From: Chrysomallon squamiferum
Taxonomy: Eukaryota; Animalia; Mollusca
Direction of reading: 5' to 3'
Assembly: GCA_012295275.1 (NCBI GenBank)
Contig: CM022668.1
Span: 15,314,001-15,378,000, forward strand
Length of the DNA stretch: 64,000 nucleotides
Below, one piece after another: positions 15,888-30,172 of the stretch (its first letter is position 1; every line of letters begins with the position of its first letter). The notes beneath the pieces were generated by a model. That model was not told the DNA's origin. It saw only the letters and a list, made by a program, of their open reading frames with translations, and made no database searches. A program made the position numbers and the translations under genes.

Positions 15888-16907
15888 TTTTCTTTTTTTT
15901 TTAATTTTTTTTTTTTTCTTCCTTAACGATAAAAGAAAAAGGTATTTATACTCAGTAAAACAGCGTGATGTTTGTGAACGGCTGAATAAATTAATCATGA
16001 TTTAACAAAAAAAGCCATTAAGAGGAATAAAAAAAGGGAAGAACAAAACAAAAACAAAAAATAATAAAAAAAAGAAGAAAAAAAGTATTGAGGAATGTTT
16101 CGAAAAGCATAATGATAGTGCTGAATACGGTGTTGATTCAAATGAATATGTTCATGTAACTCGACAGGATCCCGGGAGTTCAGAAAAGAAATAAAACCAG
16201 CAGATCGATCAAACCCCGGTTTACGTTTATTAACGGTCGGGTTACAAACCCGCGAGGGGTAACCATTACGAAAACAAAAAAAAAAAAAAAAAAAAAAAAT
16301 ATCATCTCACTATGAAAATCATTAACACTCACATTTAAGTATCAAACTGAAAAATATTTATCGTCGTAAATAAAAAAAAAAAAAAATAAAAAAAATTTCA
16401 CATATCCATCCCGATCGTTGTAAAACTTTACCAAGCGCTACCGGAAGTCAATACCTCAGCGCCATCTATCAACGTCTGCGAAATGGCGTCCTACTCATCA
16501 CCTCCACCCCGCGGGGGGTTGTAATAAAACAACTTGTATTACAACCATCCAAATTGTCCGTGTGTCTTTGACACACACACACGCAGGCAGGCTTTTGCGC
16601 CTGAAAGGCACAGCGAGCGGGCAGACAACTCCGCGTCGAATATATTCAAAAGGGGACCTGTCGAGGAGTTTGACAAGAATTTCATCTTGTAAATACGGCC
16701 GACTCTGGTCGAATGGAAATAAAAAAAACTGTGTAACACCCGCGGATTCATTCACCCGCTTCTCGCGTTTCGCCGTCTGACGTGTTAGATTAATGCTAAT
16801 GTTTTTGTTCAGTCGTGTTGCAGTACAAAGCCTACACGTGACCCGAACTTCTCGCTGAAACGCTACGCCAGTCAGACAGCGTTCAGTTCATACCTCCGTG
16901 CAGTGTG

Positions 16908-16945
<38 letters not shown>

Positions 16946-17963
16946 TTTTTTATTTTTTTATTTATTGTTTTATTTATTTATGTTTTTGGATTTATTTATT
17001 TATCTGTTTATTTATTTATATATTTTGTATTTATTTATATTTTATTTATTTATTTATTTGTTTTATTTAATGTTTATTTATTTAGTTATTTATCTGTTTA
17101 TTTATTTATATTTTTTAATTTTTTTATTTATTTATTTATATTTGATTTATTTATTGTTTTATTTGTTTATTTATTTATCTGTTTATTTATTTATATTTTA
17201 TTTACTTATTTATTTATTTATTTATTTATTTTATTATTATTATTAATTATTTAATTGTTGTTGTTGTTGTTTTTGTTGTTATTGTTGTTATTTAGATTTC
17301 ACTGTAAGACGTAATCATCTGATCCTGGTTTTGTCCTTTTTTTAATACCTTTTGTATTCTTTGTATTTCTTTAATAATATCTCTTATATATTTATTTATT
17401 TATTTATTATTTATCTGTTTGTTTTATTTGGTTTTATAATTTACCTCATTGGTTTTATAATTCATTTATTTTCTGTTTTACAATTCTAATTATTTTAGTT
17501 CTATTTATTATTAATTCATCACTGACTTACTGTAATAATTACCTCAATGTGTGTTTTATTATTATAACTGTAGTCGTGGTGGTTGTAGTAGTAATAGTAG
17601 TAGTAGCAGTTGTAATAACAATGATGAATATGATAATTATGATGATGATGATGATGATAATAATAATAACAACGAAGGTGATAATAATAACAATAACTAA
17701 TAACAACAGCAATAACAATAATAACATAGCAGCAACAACAGAATAATAATAATAGTGTTTGTAAGTATGTATGTGTGTGAATGTATGCATTATCTACGTA
17801 CTTATGTACGTGTGTATGTGCTGTATGTGTCAGTATGAACATATATATGTAATTATGCAGCAATTATTAATGTATCTATGTATGTACATATGTATATTTT
17901 ATATAAGTATGTATTATTATGTGTGTTTGTAGTTATATACATTTCTGTTTATTTATTTTTTTT

Positions 17964-17995
<32 letters not shown>

Positions 17996-18716
17996 CATCA
18001 TCGCTAATTTGTATGAGATATTTTCTGTCTTCTTATTTCTTCAGTTTTTGTTTTCTGACCGCGAATAACCCTTAGTGACCTGCGATGACATCCGCGTTTT
18101 AGACGAAACCTGCAACCTCGCTCTGACCAAAATACTTTACAACTTATCTCGAGTTACCACCCTTTACAGCCGGGCCACTCAATCTATCATCCGTTTCCGG
18201 TGAGACAAGACAATCTTTATTTACGCGATTTTCGACAATAAAAGTACTGACTCCGATTTCGTTTCAACACGTTTGACGTGCTAATGCTAAACTGCGTGTT
18301 GAGTCTCTCAGTTTCCTTACGCTAATAATGTTTTAAATAACGTCTATGTGAACGAAACTTTCCTTCGCAATTTCTTTTGATTTTTCTTTTTCTTCTTCGT
18401 TTTTGTTTGTTTGTTTGTTTGTCTGTTTTATTTGTTTGGTTATTTGTTTCTTTTATAATTTTTTTTTTTTTTTTTTATATAAGCAAGTTTATTTAATCAT
18501 ATATTTTTAATCATGTATTTTTTTCCTTTATTTTTAGCTTTGTTTTGTTTTTGTTTTTGTTTTTTTGTTTTTTATTTTTCATTTACTAATTTATTATTCG
18601 TTTGTTTTAATAAAATATATTAAATATATTTTAATTTCAGAGATTTGGATATTTATTTAAGGTTACTCGTTTGCTTGCTTGTTTGTTGTCTGTTAGTTTA
18701 GCGATACATGAATAAG

Positions 18717-18759
<43 letters not shown>

Positions 18760-18760
18760 G

Positions 18761-18795
<35 letters not shown>

Positions 18796-19725
18796 GAATT
18801 ACTACAACAACAAAATAAAATCACACGCACACACACACATTCAAACACACAAATACACAAAAAACTCATGAACATTACAAACTACATAAAAACAAAAAAA
18901 ATAATAATAATAAAATAAAAAAACCATGAACTGGAACAAAAAACAAACAAACAAAAATGACAGACTGATAGCTATTCACGTTCTTTGTAAATGCATACAA
19001 ATTATAACTAAAGGGGGAAAAAAGAGTAAATATTTGAGATTCAGAACAATTACCTACATTTGTGTCTATATGTACATAATATTATAAATACGTGTGTGTG
19101 TGTGCGTGCGTGTGTGCGTGTGTGCGTGTCTGTCTGTCTGTCTGTTCACAGATATTAAAATATGTTTCTAACACGATACATCTGTCTTTAAGAACCGGCT
19201 ACAACTTGAGACAAAACTTGAGACAAAAGTAGTCACATGAACATATGGTCCCATTGAATCGAGTCTTCGGCAGCCCAGTCCTGCATTAGCAGACAATAGT
19301 TTATTACAGGACAAAGAACAGGGATATTGATCGATAGATAACTACACTAGAGAGACAAATAAAAGTGTTTGAAGGGAGAAAGGGTAAAATAGCATGCTCG
19401 TAGTTTGGTACTGGTTTGTAATGCAAGGTAGTCTTTGATTGGCAATGGTTTGTTGGTGTTTGGTTTTTTTTTTTTTTTTTTTTTTTGTAAGGTTTGTTTG
19501 GTTTTGCATATCATCAGAAGAAGATTATTTAAAAAAAATTAGTTTGAAATGATTTTTGAGAGTCTAAAACAGAACAATGTTGAAAGAAAATGTTTGTGAA
19601 GGAAATGAAACGAAATAAAGAAAAAAATCATATATGAAGAACATTCACAAACAATTTCTTTCTTTCTTTCTTTCTTTCTTGGTTTTCTTTCTTTCTTTCT
19701 GTCTTTATTTATTTATTTACTTTCT

Positions 19726-19756
<31 letters not shown>

Positions 19757-19820
19757 TTTTTTATTCGTTCGTTTGTTTGTTTTTTACTTACTTATTTGCT
19801 TCGTTGCTAGTTTTTCAATT

Positions 19821-19851
<31 letters not shown>

Positions 19852-20192
19852 TTTTAACCTTCAAGAAAAAAGAAAACAATTCTCGGTAACCCTCAGAAAA
19901 ATATCCACAGATACAAATATATTAATAGCCCAGGATAGCGTGCTTTGGCCGTTTTCTCAGATCTCCTTAAGACACTTTAATTGAGGGTTTCGAGGAGAGA
20001 AGATGGATTAGGAAGAAGAAAACAAGACAGATGTTAATACTGAAAACGAAAACAATAATTAACAACAGTTAGATTTTGTAGCCGCGAAAATCGAAAACGT
20101 TTTATTTGGTGAAAAAAAAAAAAAAAAAAAAACCGAAAGAAACCTGAGATCCAGAAGAATGAACAAACAGATCGATGGAGGAATAAATGAAT

Positions 20193-20227
<35 letters not shown>

Positions 20228-21324
20228 TTAGTTTGTTTGTTTGTTTGTTTGTTTCTTTGTTTCTTTGTTTCTTTCTTTCTTTCTTGTTTCATTTTTCTTT
20301 TGGGTGGGGTGTTGATAAAATACGTTTTTCATAAATGAATCTTTTTTGGATCGGGAAAAGGGACAATGACGGCATCGAGCAGGCTTGATCATTGATTAAC
20401 TGGTAAGCAAAGATAAATAAAGGAATGGATGCAGGATCAAACCTGACAGACAGACAGATTACAGAGGTACAGACCTACCCTACGGACTTACAGACAAACA
20501 GTATAAGAATGTAAGTAAACAAATAAACAGACAAATAAATAAATGAACGATGGAATTAATGAACTCATAAATGAATAAATAAATACGTAAATAAATAAAT
20601 AAATATAAACAAATAAATACGTAAAAATATAAATAAATACGTATGTAAATAAATAAATGACTAAGTAAATAAATAAATAAACAAACAAACAAACAAACAA
20701 ACGAACGAACAGACAAATAAAGATCAGAATTCATCACAAGACAGAAATATTATCGCAGGACAAAAGTAAGATCTCAGCTGAATCTTTCTTTTATTTATTT
20801 ATTTTTTTTTTTCAGGAGCATGAACGCAAAAAAGAAAAACAAGAGCTTAAACCTAATCTCTGTAAAACGAACACAACAACGACAACGACGATTGGCTGAG
20901 AATGTGGTGGATCCAAGCAGACGGCTTCATGGACTCTGACTCTTGTTTTGAAACGTCTACACACACGACGACACAGACGGACAATCGAAACGACGATCAC
21001 GATGTCACGAATGGGGAAAGATTCGACTCTGTGAAGACGGCGGTGTAACCATAGCGTATACTTAAGAGATCACACAACAGGTAAGTGATGGATCCGATAG
21101 ATGGCGCGTCTACCGACGTGGGCATCATCACCTGCCGCGGTTTCCAATCGCGTGCGACGAAGGCGCAACACAAGCGGCTGGAACCAGTCATTAAAAATGG
21201 CGGCTCCTGGCTTTCCACCCACCCCCACCCCCCCCCCCCCACCACCGTAAACCTCCTTCCTTCCTCCATCGAAGACGCGGCTAAGAGGGCGGACAACGTC
21301 AAAACGATGAAATGTACAGCACGT

Positions 21325-21338
21325 GTCACCATGACAAC
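21325..21338. promoter_or_regulatory. RFX X-box
   Basis: GTCACCATGACAAC, adjacent to a CACGTG E-box (21320-21325). Confidence 0.4.
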
Positions 21339-21767
21339 ACATCGGTGTGGCCCGCGCAGCACGAGAGGGAGTAATTACATGTTAGATTTCTCGGCGAAAG
21401 ACAGCTGCCGAAGTGAATCGTTTTAAAAAAAAAAAAAAAAACCCTGTGTGTGTGTGTGTGTGTTTTTTTTTATAAATTAACACCTCGGTTATTTTCTCCA
21501 CACACACCCCTCCCTCACCCCCCTCTGCTTCATCTCGTGATTGAAACATTAGATGGCAGTGTAGCTTTAACCGAGTTAATAGCCCCCCCCCTCCCCTCTG
21601 CCCTGCTAAATGTCTCAGCCAATTTTCTTCAAGACTTCTTTCTTTATTTCTCAGTTTAAAAAAAAAAAAGAGTTGGCTCTTCCTCAGGGGGTTATCTACG
21701 CAAACCATCTCGATGTGACTGAATTATTACAAACATATTTTTTATTTTTTTATTTTCGCAAGGTTTA

Positions 21768-21833
<66 letters not shown>

Positions 21834-21914
21834 AAGAAAAAAAAAAAAAAAAAAAAAAAAGAGATACAAAAATATGGGTGAAATTAAAAGAAGGAACGTT
21901 TGCGTACGCGCAAC

Positions 21915-21990
21915 CTTGTTGTTTTAATTGCTGCGGTTTTCAGTCAAAGAGTCTTGTTGTTTTAATTGCTGCGGTGTTCAGTCAAAGAGT
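21915..21990. repeat. 38-bp tandem duplication
   Basis: cttgttgttttaattgctgcggt(t/g)ttcagtcaaagagt x2, one mismatch. Confidence 0.95.
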
Positions 21991-22116
21991 CTAAGACACG
22001 ACGTGGCGATAGTTCTCGTGATGAATGGTTCAACGAAGCGACGAGGTGATTAAAGCGATTTTCACAGAGTGACTCGATTCAGAAGGTTCATGTTTTTGGA
22101 GTAAATGCCTACGTGG

Positions 22117-22215
<99 letters not shown>

Positions 22216-23953
22216 AGAAACTAATAAGAAGATGAAAAGGTTTAGATTGTCAGTCATTGTCGCGTATTTCTTTCTCTTCTTTTTCTCTTTCTGTCTCTTT
22301 CTTCCTTTCTTTCTTTCTCTCTCACTTTTTTATATTATTTAATTTACTTATTTTTACATATATATATTTTTTCTTGATAACTTGTAACTGAAATGAACTT
22401 CATTTTACACTCAGGCAGTAGTCTACGGCATTCAAGAATATTTACATACAACGTTATGATGCATTTACAATAGCGTACACGATGGTCGTCTCCCATTTTT
22501 ACACGTCCCGTGAGCTTAGGAACTAATTAAGCGTTACAGTCAGCGACTGAGCAATACACAATTCACTGGATGATCACACTTGCTTGTTGATGTTTATCAA
22601 ATAAGCTTCTTGCATGCATTTCATCCGATCTTTTGTCCATCAGTGAATTGCATGATAAATAAATATTATCATTACTGTTTAGCTTGATGATTTTTTTAAA
22701 TATTTTTATTGATATTATCATTAGTAGGTTTCGCTTATTCTGATTTTGTTTTTCTTTCTAATTTCCATACCTTCCATTTAAAAAAAAAATAAAGCTTGGA
22801 ATAAAACAAAGAAGGAAAGATGAAAAAATATAAGAATGACAGAAAACAGAGGAAAATGAGAAAGAAAGAGAGAAAGAAACAAAGAAAATAAACGAAGAAA
22901 AAGAAAAGAAAAAGGTGAGAATGAGAAAAATAAATATGAACGACTGAAATAAAGAATGAACGAAAGAAAGAAAAAGAAACGTTAAGAGAAAGAAAGAAGG
23001 AAAGAGAGGAAAATAAAGAATGAGAGAATAAAAGAAAATAAGAAAGAAAAAGACGAAAAGAAATATCAGTCAACGAAAGAAAGAAAGAAAGCAAATAAGA
23101 AAGAAAGAAAACAAGTAAATTAGAATGAAAGAAAGAAAGAAAGGAAATGAGTAATAAGGAAAGACAGAAAGAAATCAAGTAAATAAGAAAGAAAGAAAAG
23201 AAAAATAAGAAAGAAAGAAAGAAAGAAAGAAGAATTGGTAATCTTGACAATCATGCCATTTGAATAATTGCCTCTGCCTGACTCGCGGTTTCTTGAACTC
23301 GGTAACTCCGGCGTAAACTGTTTTACCAAATTACAGCGAAACGAACAAGTCCCTGCGTTCTGTCATTGTCATCTGCTTACGTGAACCAGATGGCACCCAC
23401 AGACGTTTCTCCAGTCTCGTTGTGACAACTGCATCGCGGTCGACGTCAAACGCCCAGTTTGAGCCGGTTCCGCTTCTTTAATTCGATATTTCGGTGACAA
23501 ACACGTCCCAGATCCAACATTATCGCCATCGATGCAGAGGCTAATTTTGAAAATTTTCTTGTAAAGCGAAATCCCATTTTTTTGCCGTCTCCAAGTGGAA
23601 AGCAGATCTTTTACGTCAGGGTAATTTTAAATTGCGGTGTGAGACCGTTTTACGTTCACGTTTTTTTTGGTTTTTTTTCTTATTTTGTTCTTATTTTTTT
23701 GTTGTTGTTTTTTTTGTTTGTTTGCTTGATTGTTGTTTTTTGTTGTTTCTTTTCTTTTTTGTCTTCCTATTTATTTCGAGAGCAGATTGTCTTTGTTTCT
23801 GCAGAATTTTATTTTATTTTATTTTACTGTGTTTTTTGTTTCATTTTATCTTTTATCAAAAATTTTAATTTGCTTGTGCAGGCAAACCACAAGTTCGAAA
23901 CATTATTTTACAAACATTTTAACTAATCTAAGTATTTTATTAAACCTTTTTTT

Positions 23954-23989
<36 letters not shown>

Positions 23990-24409
23990 GTTCAACAGAT
24001 AAACAGACAAGTAATAAATAAACCTTAATGCAGATATAATTTTTGGTAATTAGAAATTTCCTAACTTATGTTCCCGCAGTGTCACGTGCCATTCTAAATC
24101 AAAAGGTAAACCGGAGTGCAGATTAATTAACATCCACTTGCAACCCAAACCCTTCCCATAATGCAATATTTTTCAAATTTACGACCCTTCATCTCTGCCA
24201 CGGTCCGATTTTTATGGGTATTTTTTTTAACAGGGAACATTTTCCGTGTACACCAATTAATCCGCTTTATCGGTGTTTCGTTGTGTTGGAAGCGGTTAGC
24301 TGTATGATAAATTTTTCATTTAAAAAAATGAATTAAAAAAAAAAAAAAAGAAAAAAGAAGAAGAAGAAAACACAAGTGAGATTACGGTTATGCTATAAAT
24401 TACGAGATA

Positions 24410-24442
<33 letters not shown>

Positions 24443-24760
24443 TCGCTCGGGTTGAAAATCTTTCAGTTCGTTGTTTTCTGCGGTACGAATGTATAAATTG
24501 TTAAACCTTTCGTCCTAACTGTTTAACGAGTCGCTGAATTATTAACGGCGAGTGGAAGAGGACAGACAGATAAGTACTAAGCTTGTCAGTGGGATAGTTA
24601 ACGGTTCAAGCTGCGGTCGTGTCACGAGGTGGGAAGGTTGACGGGTACGCGGGATCGAATCGTAGCACGGAAAAGTTTACACTTGGCGACATGGGACCGT
24701 GTGAAATGAGAAATATTTAATAATAATAAGAAGAAGAAGAACAACAACAACAACAACAAC

Positions 24761-24792
<32 letters not shown>

Positions 24793-24990
24793 TAATAATA
24801 ATTAATAATAATAATAACAGTATAGTAGTAGTAGAAGAAGTACTGTTAAGATTAGAAGTAGTGGTAGTTATAGTATTAGAAGTAGTAGTAATATTAAGAA
24901 TAAGAATGAGAAGATGATGATCAAAATGATGAAAAGAAGTAGAACAACAACAACTATGATAACGATAAAAGAACAACAACATCAGTAATA

Positions 24991-25035
<45 letters not shown>

Positions 25036-26876
25036 AAACAAAAAGGAAATTAAGTCTAGCTCCAAAATCTCTTAATAAAGACGATGATAATAAAGACGAC
25101 GACAACAACAACAATAAAAAAAAAATATAAATATATAATAAAACATAAGTTAATAGAACACAAAGAAGAAGAAAAATTATATATTAGAGTGAACACTAAT
25201 ATGATTTCTATCGTAATTTAACATTATATAACGTCAGTAAGCAAGGCACTGCGTAACAGTATAAGGTTACAACCGTATCACTGACTTGCATCGCCAAATA
25301 ACAGGGTAAAAATGGCGGATTCCCACCCCGCGGTTTCGTGGCGAGGCAAGTAAATAATAATTTACTACCCAGCCAAACCTTCTTCTTACTTATTTATCTA
25401 GATACCTGTTGATTTGTAGCAATGTGACAATAAAAACGTCAGGGAGATGGGCGTAGCAAAAACAAGTTTCCAGTGTATTGTCGTTAAACCCCAGTCGACC
25501 CTCTTCCGCCCCGTACCTCCCTCCTTCATTGTACGGCACCAAAGACGGAGGCATTACGCGAAGAAAGAGGGGCTGAACGCCGGAATGGAAATAGCTATTT
25601 CTTTTTTTTTTTTTTTCCTGTCGCGAAACACTCGACATTTTGGTCAATAACTGTTACGTGTTGGTTAAGAAGGAGAAGAAGGAGAAGAAGAAGAAGCGAT
25701 GGCTTTAAAACGTTACGCAACGGTCAACGTAGCATGGGAAAAATAAACGAGATGAAGGAGGTTGACGTGGATTTATGTGTCACCGGCAGTTTATTGAAAT
25801 GGTGTCGTACATCTCGCCGCCATCGCATCTAACCTTTTGTGCACATCTTCCGTTGTTTATCTGTCTGTCTGTCAGTCTGTCTCACTGTTTGTCACGCTGT
25901 CGTTTTGCTCGTTTTCTTCTTACCTAACCACTGGTATTATCTTGCTAATGTTTGTTTAATATTACGGCTGCAACTGTCAGTCCGTTAATGTTGCTGTTGC
26001 TGCAACGACTACGATTACGTCTACTACTATTACTACTACTACTACTACTACTACATGTAGAAATTACAACAACTACTACAACTATTATTATTATTATTGT
26101 TACTACCATTACTACTACTACTACATGTACAAATTACTACAAGTACTACAACTATTATTACTACTACTACTACTACTACTACTACTATTTCTACTACTAC
26201 ATGTATAAACTACATCACACGCAACAGTTATTACTACTACTACTACCAGATGCAAAAATGACTACAACCACTACAACTATTATTACTATTATTATTATTA
26301 TTATTACTACTACTACTATTACTACTACTACCACTGCTACTACTGCTGCAGTTTCTTTTATTAACAGTTACTAGTAAAATAATGCACGCAAACAATAAAA
26401 TAATTCCGATGCGTGATAATTATAATAATCACTTTATATTCAAGTTTTTTTCATCTTATATTGATAACACTTTGACATAACACGAATACAATCGTTGAAA
26501 AAAATAAAATAAAATAAAATAAAATAAATAAATAAATAAATAATAACACCATATTTCGTTTCTGTTACGTTTATTAGCAGCAAGAACCGGTCTAGTTACA
26601 ACCACGCCACCTAGAACCCCTTAACCCCTCCCCTTCCCTCCCCTTCCCTCCCTTCCCTACCCGCCTTTCCCCCTCCTTCCCCTCGGCAATGACGCTTCTG
26701 TGTGTTGTTCAGTCTAATGAAGTAGAGCAAAAATTTCGCGCCTCGTTCCAGCAATTCAAACAAATATGGCGGAAATTTAGGTTTAACCTTCGCAATCAAT
26801 GACAAACCCTCTCTTTCCCGGGAACAATGACCGCCACTTGAACGCCTGCGGCTGATTAAAAAAAAAAAAAAAAATT

Positions 26877-26993
26877 GGCGGAATAATCCGAGAACGGCCG
26901 ACTGCATATTCTGAAAAAAAAAAAAAAAAAAAAAACGGCGGAATAATCCGAGAACGGCCGACTGCATATTCTGAAAAAAAAAAAAAAAAAAAA
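26877..26993. repeat. 60-bp tandem duplication (37-bp core + poly-A)
   Basis: ggcggaataatccgagaacggccgactgcatattctg(A)n at 26877 and 26937, identical cores. Confidence 0.95.
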
Positions 26994-27310
26994 CGACTGA
27001 AAGAAACTTGAAATAGGGTCCCACTAGAGAATGCCACCGTGGCTACTTAATCGTCGTCGTTGTTGTTGTTGTTGTTGTTGCACGCCCCGTCCATTGCCAA
27101 AAACCAAAAACTTGTGAGGTTACCAGACGAGAACCGGGGTGTTTTTCTCTTACATCATCAGTTTGGTGAGTGATGAAGATTTCGAGGAGGTTTCACGTAC
27201 AAACTGAGGACATCAGCACTTTCATGACAGAGCACTCGAGAGAGTCATTTATTTGTATTGCTTTCTTCTGAATCATTGAGTTCAGAATATTTTCCTGCTT
27301 GCATTTATTT

Positions 27311-27402
<92 letters not shown>

Positions 27403-27463
27403 TTTTATGATAAATCTTACGTGATATACTTTCTGTGAATCCCCTGAATCCATTCAATCTGTT

Positions 27464-27613
<150 letters not shown>

Positions 27614-28018
27614 TGTCTCTCTCTATCCTCTCTTTCTCTCTGTGTCTGTCTGTCTCTCTCTCTATCACTCTCTTGCTTTGTCATATTTTTTTTGTCTTTC
27701 TCTCATTCATTTTCTTTTTTCTTTCTCTCTCATAATTTTTTTTCATCTCTGATTCTGTTTCTTTTTAATTTTGGTCCATCTGTCTATCCATCCATCTATC
27801 TGTCTGTCTGTCTATCTATCTATCTGTCTGTCTATCTATTTGTCTACCTATCTAATCTATCTATCTGTCTACAATGTATATCTACATCTCTGATCTTCTA
27901 TTCAGCCACCAAATGAAACACAGGCAATTCCGTCTTCAAAAATAATTCATCAACATAGATATATTAAGGCTGGAACATTTATATTAGTTTAAACAGACAA
28001 AGAATGATAGGTAGATGT

Positions 28019-28111
<93 letters not shown>

Positions 28112-29404
28112 TATACAGTCGAGCATATTGCAGCTTAATGAAAAGGAGTGTATTTTGTAAAGAAGATTGCACTTTTCGTGATTAAAACGATATTTATGTA
28201 CGAAGCAGGTGCCTCTGATTAGCTCCCGGTCTAATAGCATGTACGGCGTTACGACGCTTTCCTTTGATAGCGCATGAAAAACGCCTTGCACGTCACCAGA
28301 TGGGGTAAGTTGCTGTCACATCATAACTTTATTGAAGACGAAAAAGAAAATTAAGTCCATTATACTTCAAGAATAATCATGCAAAATTGTGTGCGCGTGC
28401 CAAGTACACATATTCTCACGCACTTTCTTTCACTTCACTGGCAGACGACAGATGGACCAATCACAGCCGTGTTTACAGAAGCCTTAAAGTCTCGCGGGCA
28501 CGAGATTTCGTTAAGCTTTCATTTTTTTTTTTTTTATATGTAGACGGAGTTAATAAATTTTTAGTGCATTAACATTTATAAATATAAACGATTATTAAGA
28601 ACAAGAGATTTAACAAAGAAAAAAAAATTTTAAATAAAAAAAAAAAAAAAGAAGAAGAATAAGAAGATAATACATCTCAATAAATAATAACTTAATTCCA
28701 TCCATGCTCAGAAGTGAACATCGCAACGCTTAAATTTGCTTCAGTGTAAAATAATGTCGACAGCCAGTTTACAGACTGGTTTTCATTACTTAATCCAATA
28801 AAAGGAACTAATCTGAAAATTTGTTTCTCAAACGGAAATATTGAAATTGCACTGCTTTATTAGCTGATGTTAATCTGGGTTTTTTTTTAAACAGGCGATA
28901 TCGCTTTTAAGTGGATTTATTGCAGTTTTATTTCCGTCTCGTCCATTACATCGGTCAATATTGCGCATCTTTTCGTAGTCGTTTAAAGAGGTTCGCTTTG
29001 GGTTACGGAAATCAATCAAATAACGATGATCTGTAATGACGATACTATTATTATTACTTCTGCTTGAGTTGTTTTTTTATGATTTTTCGTGATATTTTTT
29101 TTTATTGATTTTGTTGTTTATGTATGCATGTGTGTGTGCGTATGTGTGTGTGTGTGCGCGCGATTTTCACACATAAAACAGTGTCTAGGTATATTTTGTA
29201 GTTTGTAGTTTAAAGAATTGAAAATTATCGAAAAAAGCATACTAATAAGATAAAATAAATTGAAAGGAATTAAGCAAGAATTCAAAAGAGAGAAAGGAGA
29301 CAAAGAAAGACACCTTTCAGAGAGACAAACAGACAAAGAGAGAGAGGGAGAAAGAAAGACAGCTAGAGGATTTAAAAAAACAGAGAGAGATAGAGAGAGA
29401 GAGA

Positions 29405-29462
<58 letters not shown>

Positions 29463-29569
29463 GACAAAGAGAGAGAGAGAGAGAGAGAGAGAGTGAAAGA
29501 GAGAATGAAAGAGAGAGAGAGGCAGACAGAGTGAGAGAGAGAGAGAGATAGAGAGAGAGACAGACAGTC

Positions 29570-29658
<89 letters not shown>

Positions 29659-29661
29659 GAC

Positions 29662-29806
<145 letters not shown>

Positions 29807-30141
29807 AATAAAGAGAAAGAGAGAGAGAGAGAGTACTCAACGATACAGACATTTTTTAAAATATTATCCAGCTCAGAAACGAAACTAACAAATTATAAAC
29901 GGCACCCAAAACAGGCCTCATGGTGTTGCCCATTTTTTAAAAGATGTCTCGAGAGGCTTTCGATTCCATTACTTAAGATGCTTGACTCTTCACGATGCCG
30001 GTGCAAATCCCTGTGGATTCCGCGAGGAACCTTTGAGTGAAAGAGCTAATGATAGTGATGGAGAAAAATAGTTTTTCCATCCACTTCATAGCAGTGTTTA
30101 GAAGTAACACTCAATTAAAACAGTCAAATGATCTTGGAGAG

Positions 30142-30172
<31 letters not shown>

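Noticed and set aside
21085-21426. 113-aa GC-rich ORF (and overlapping - strand ORFs)
   Set aside because: No recognisable domain, includes a C-run-derived poly-Pro; openness is explained by local GC richness.
18090-24310. Partial matches to miRNA 3' halves (gacgaaacctgc ~18102, like miR-981; tagctgtatga ~24297, like miR-9)
   Set aside because: Seed regions do not match and no precursor hairpin is evident.
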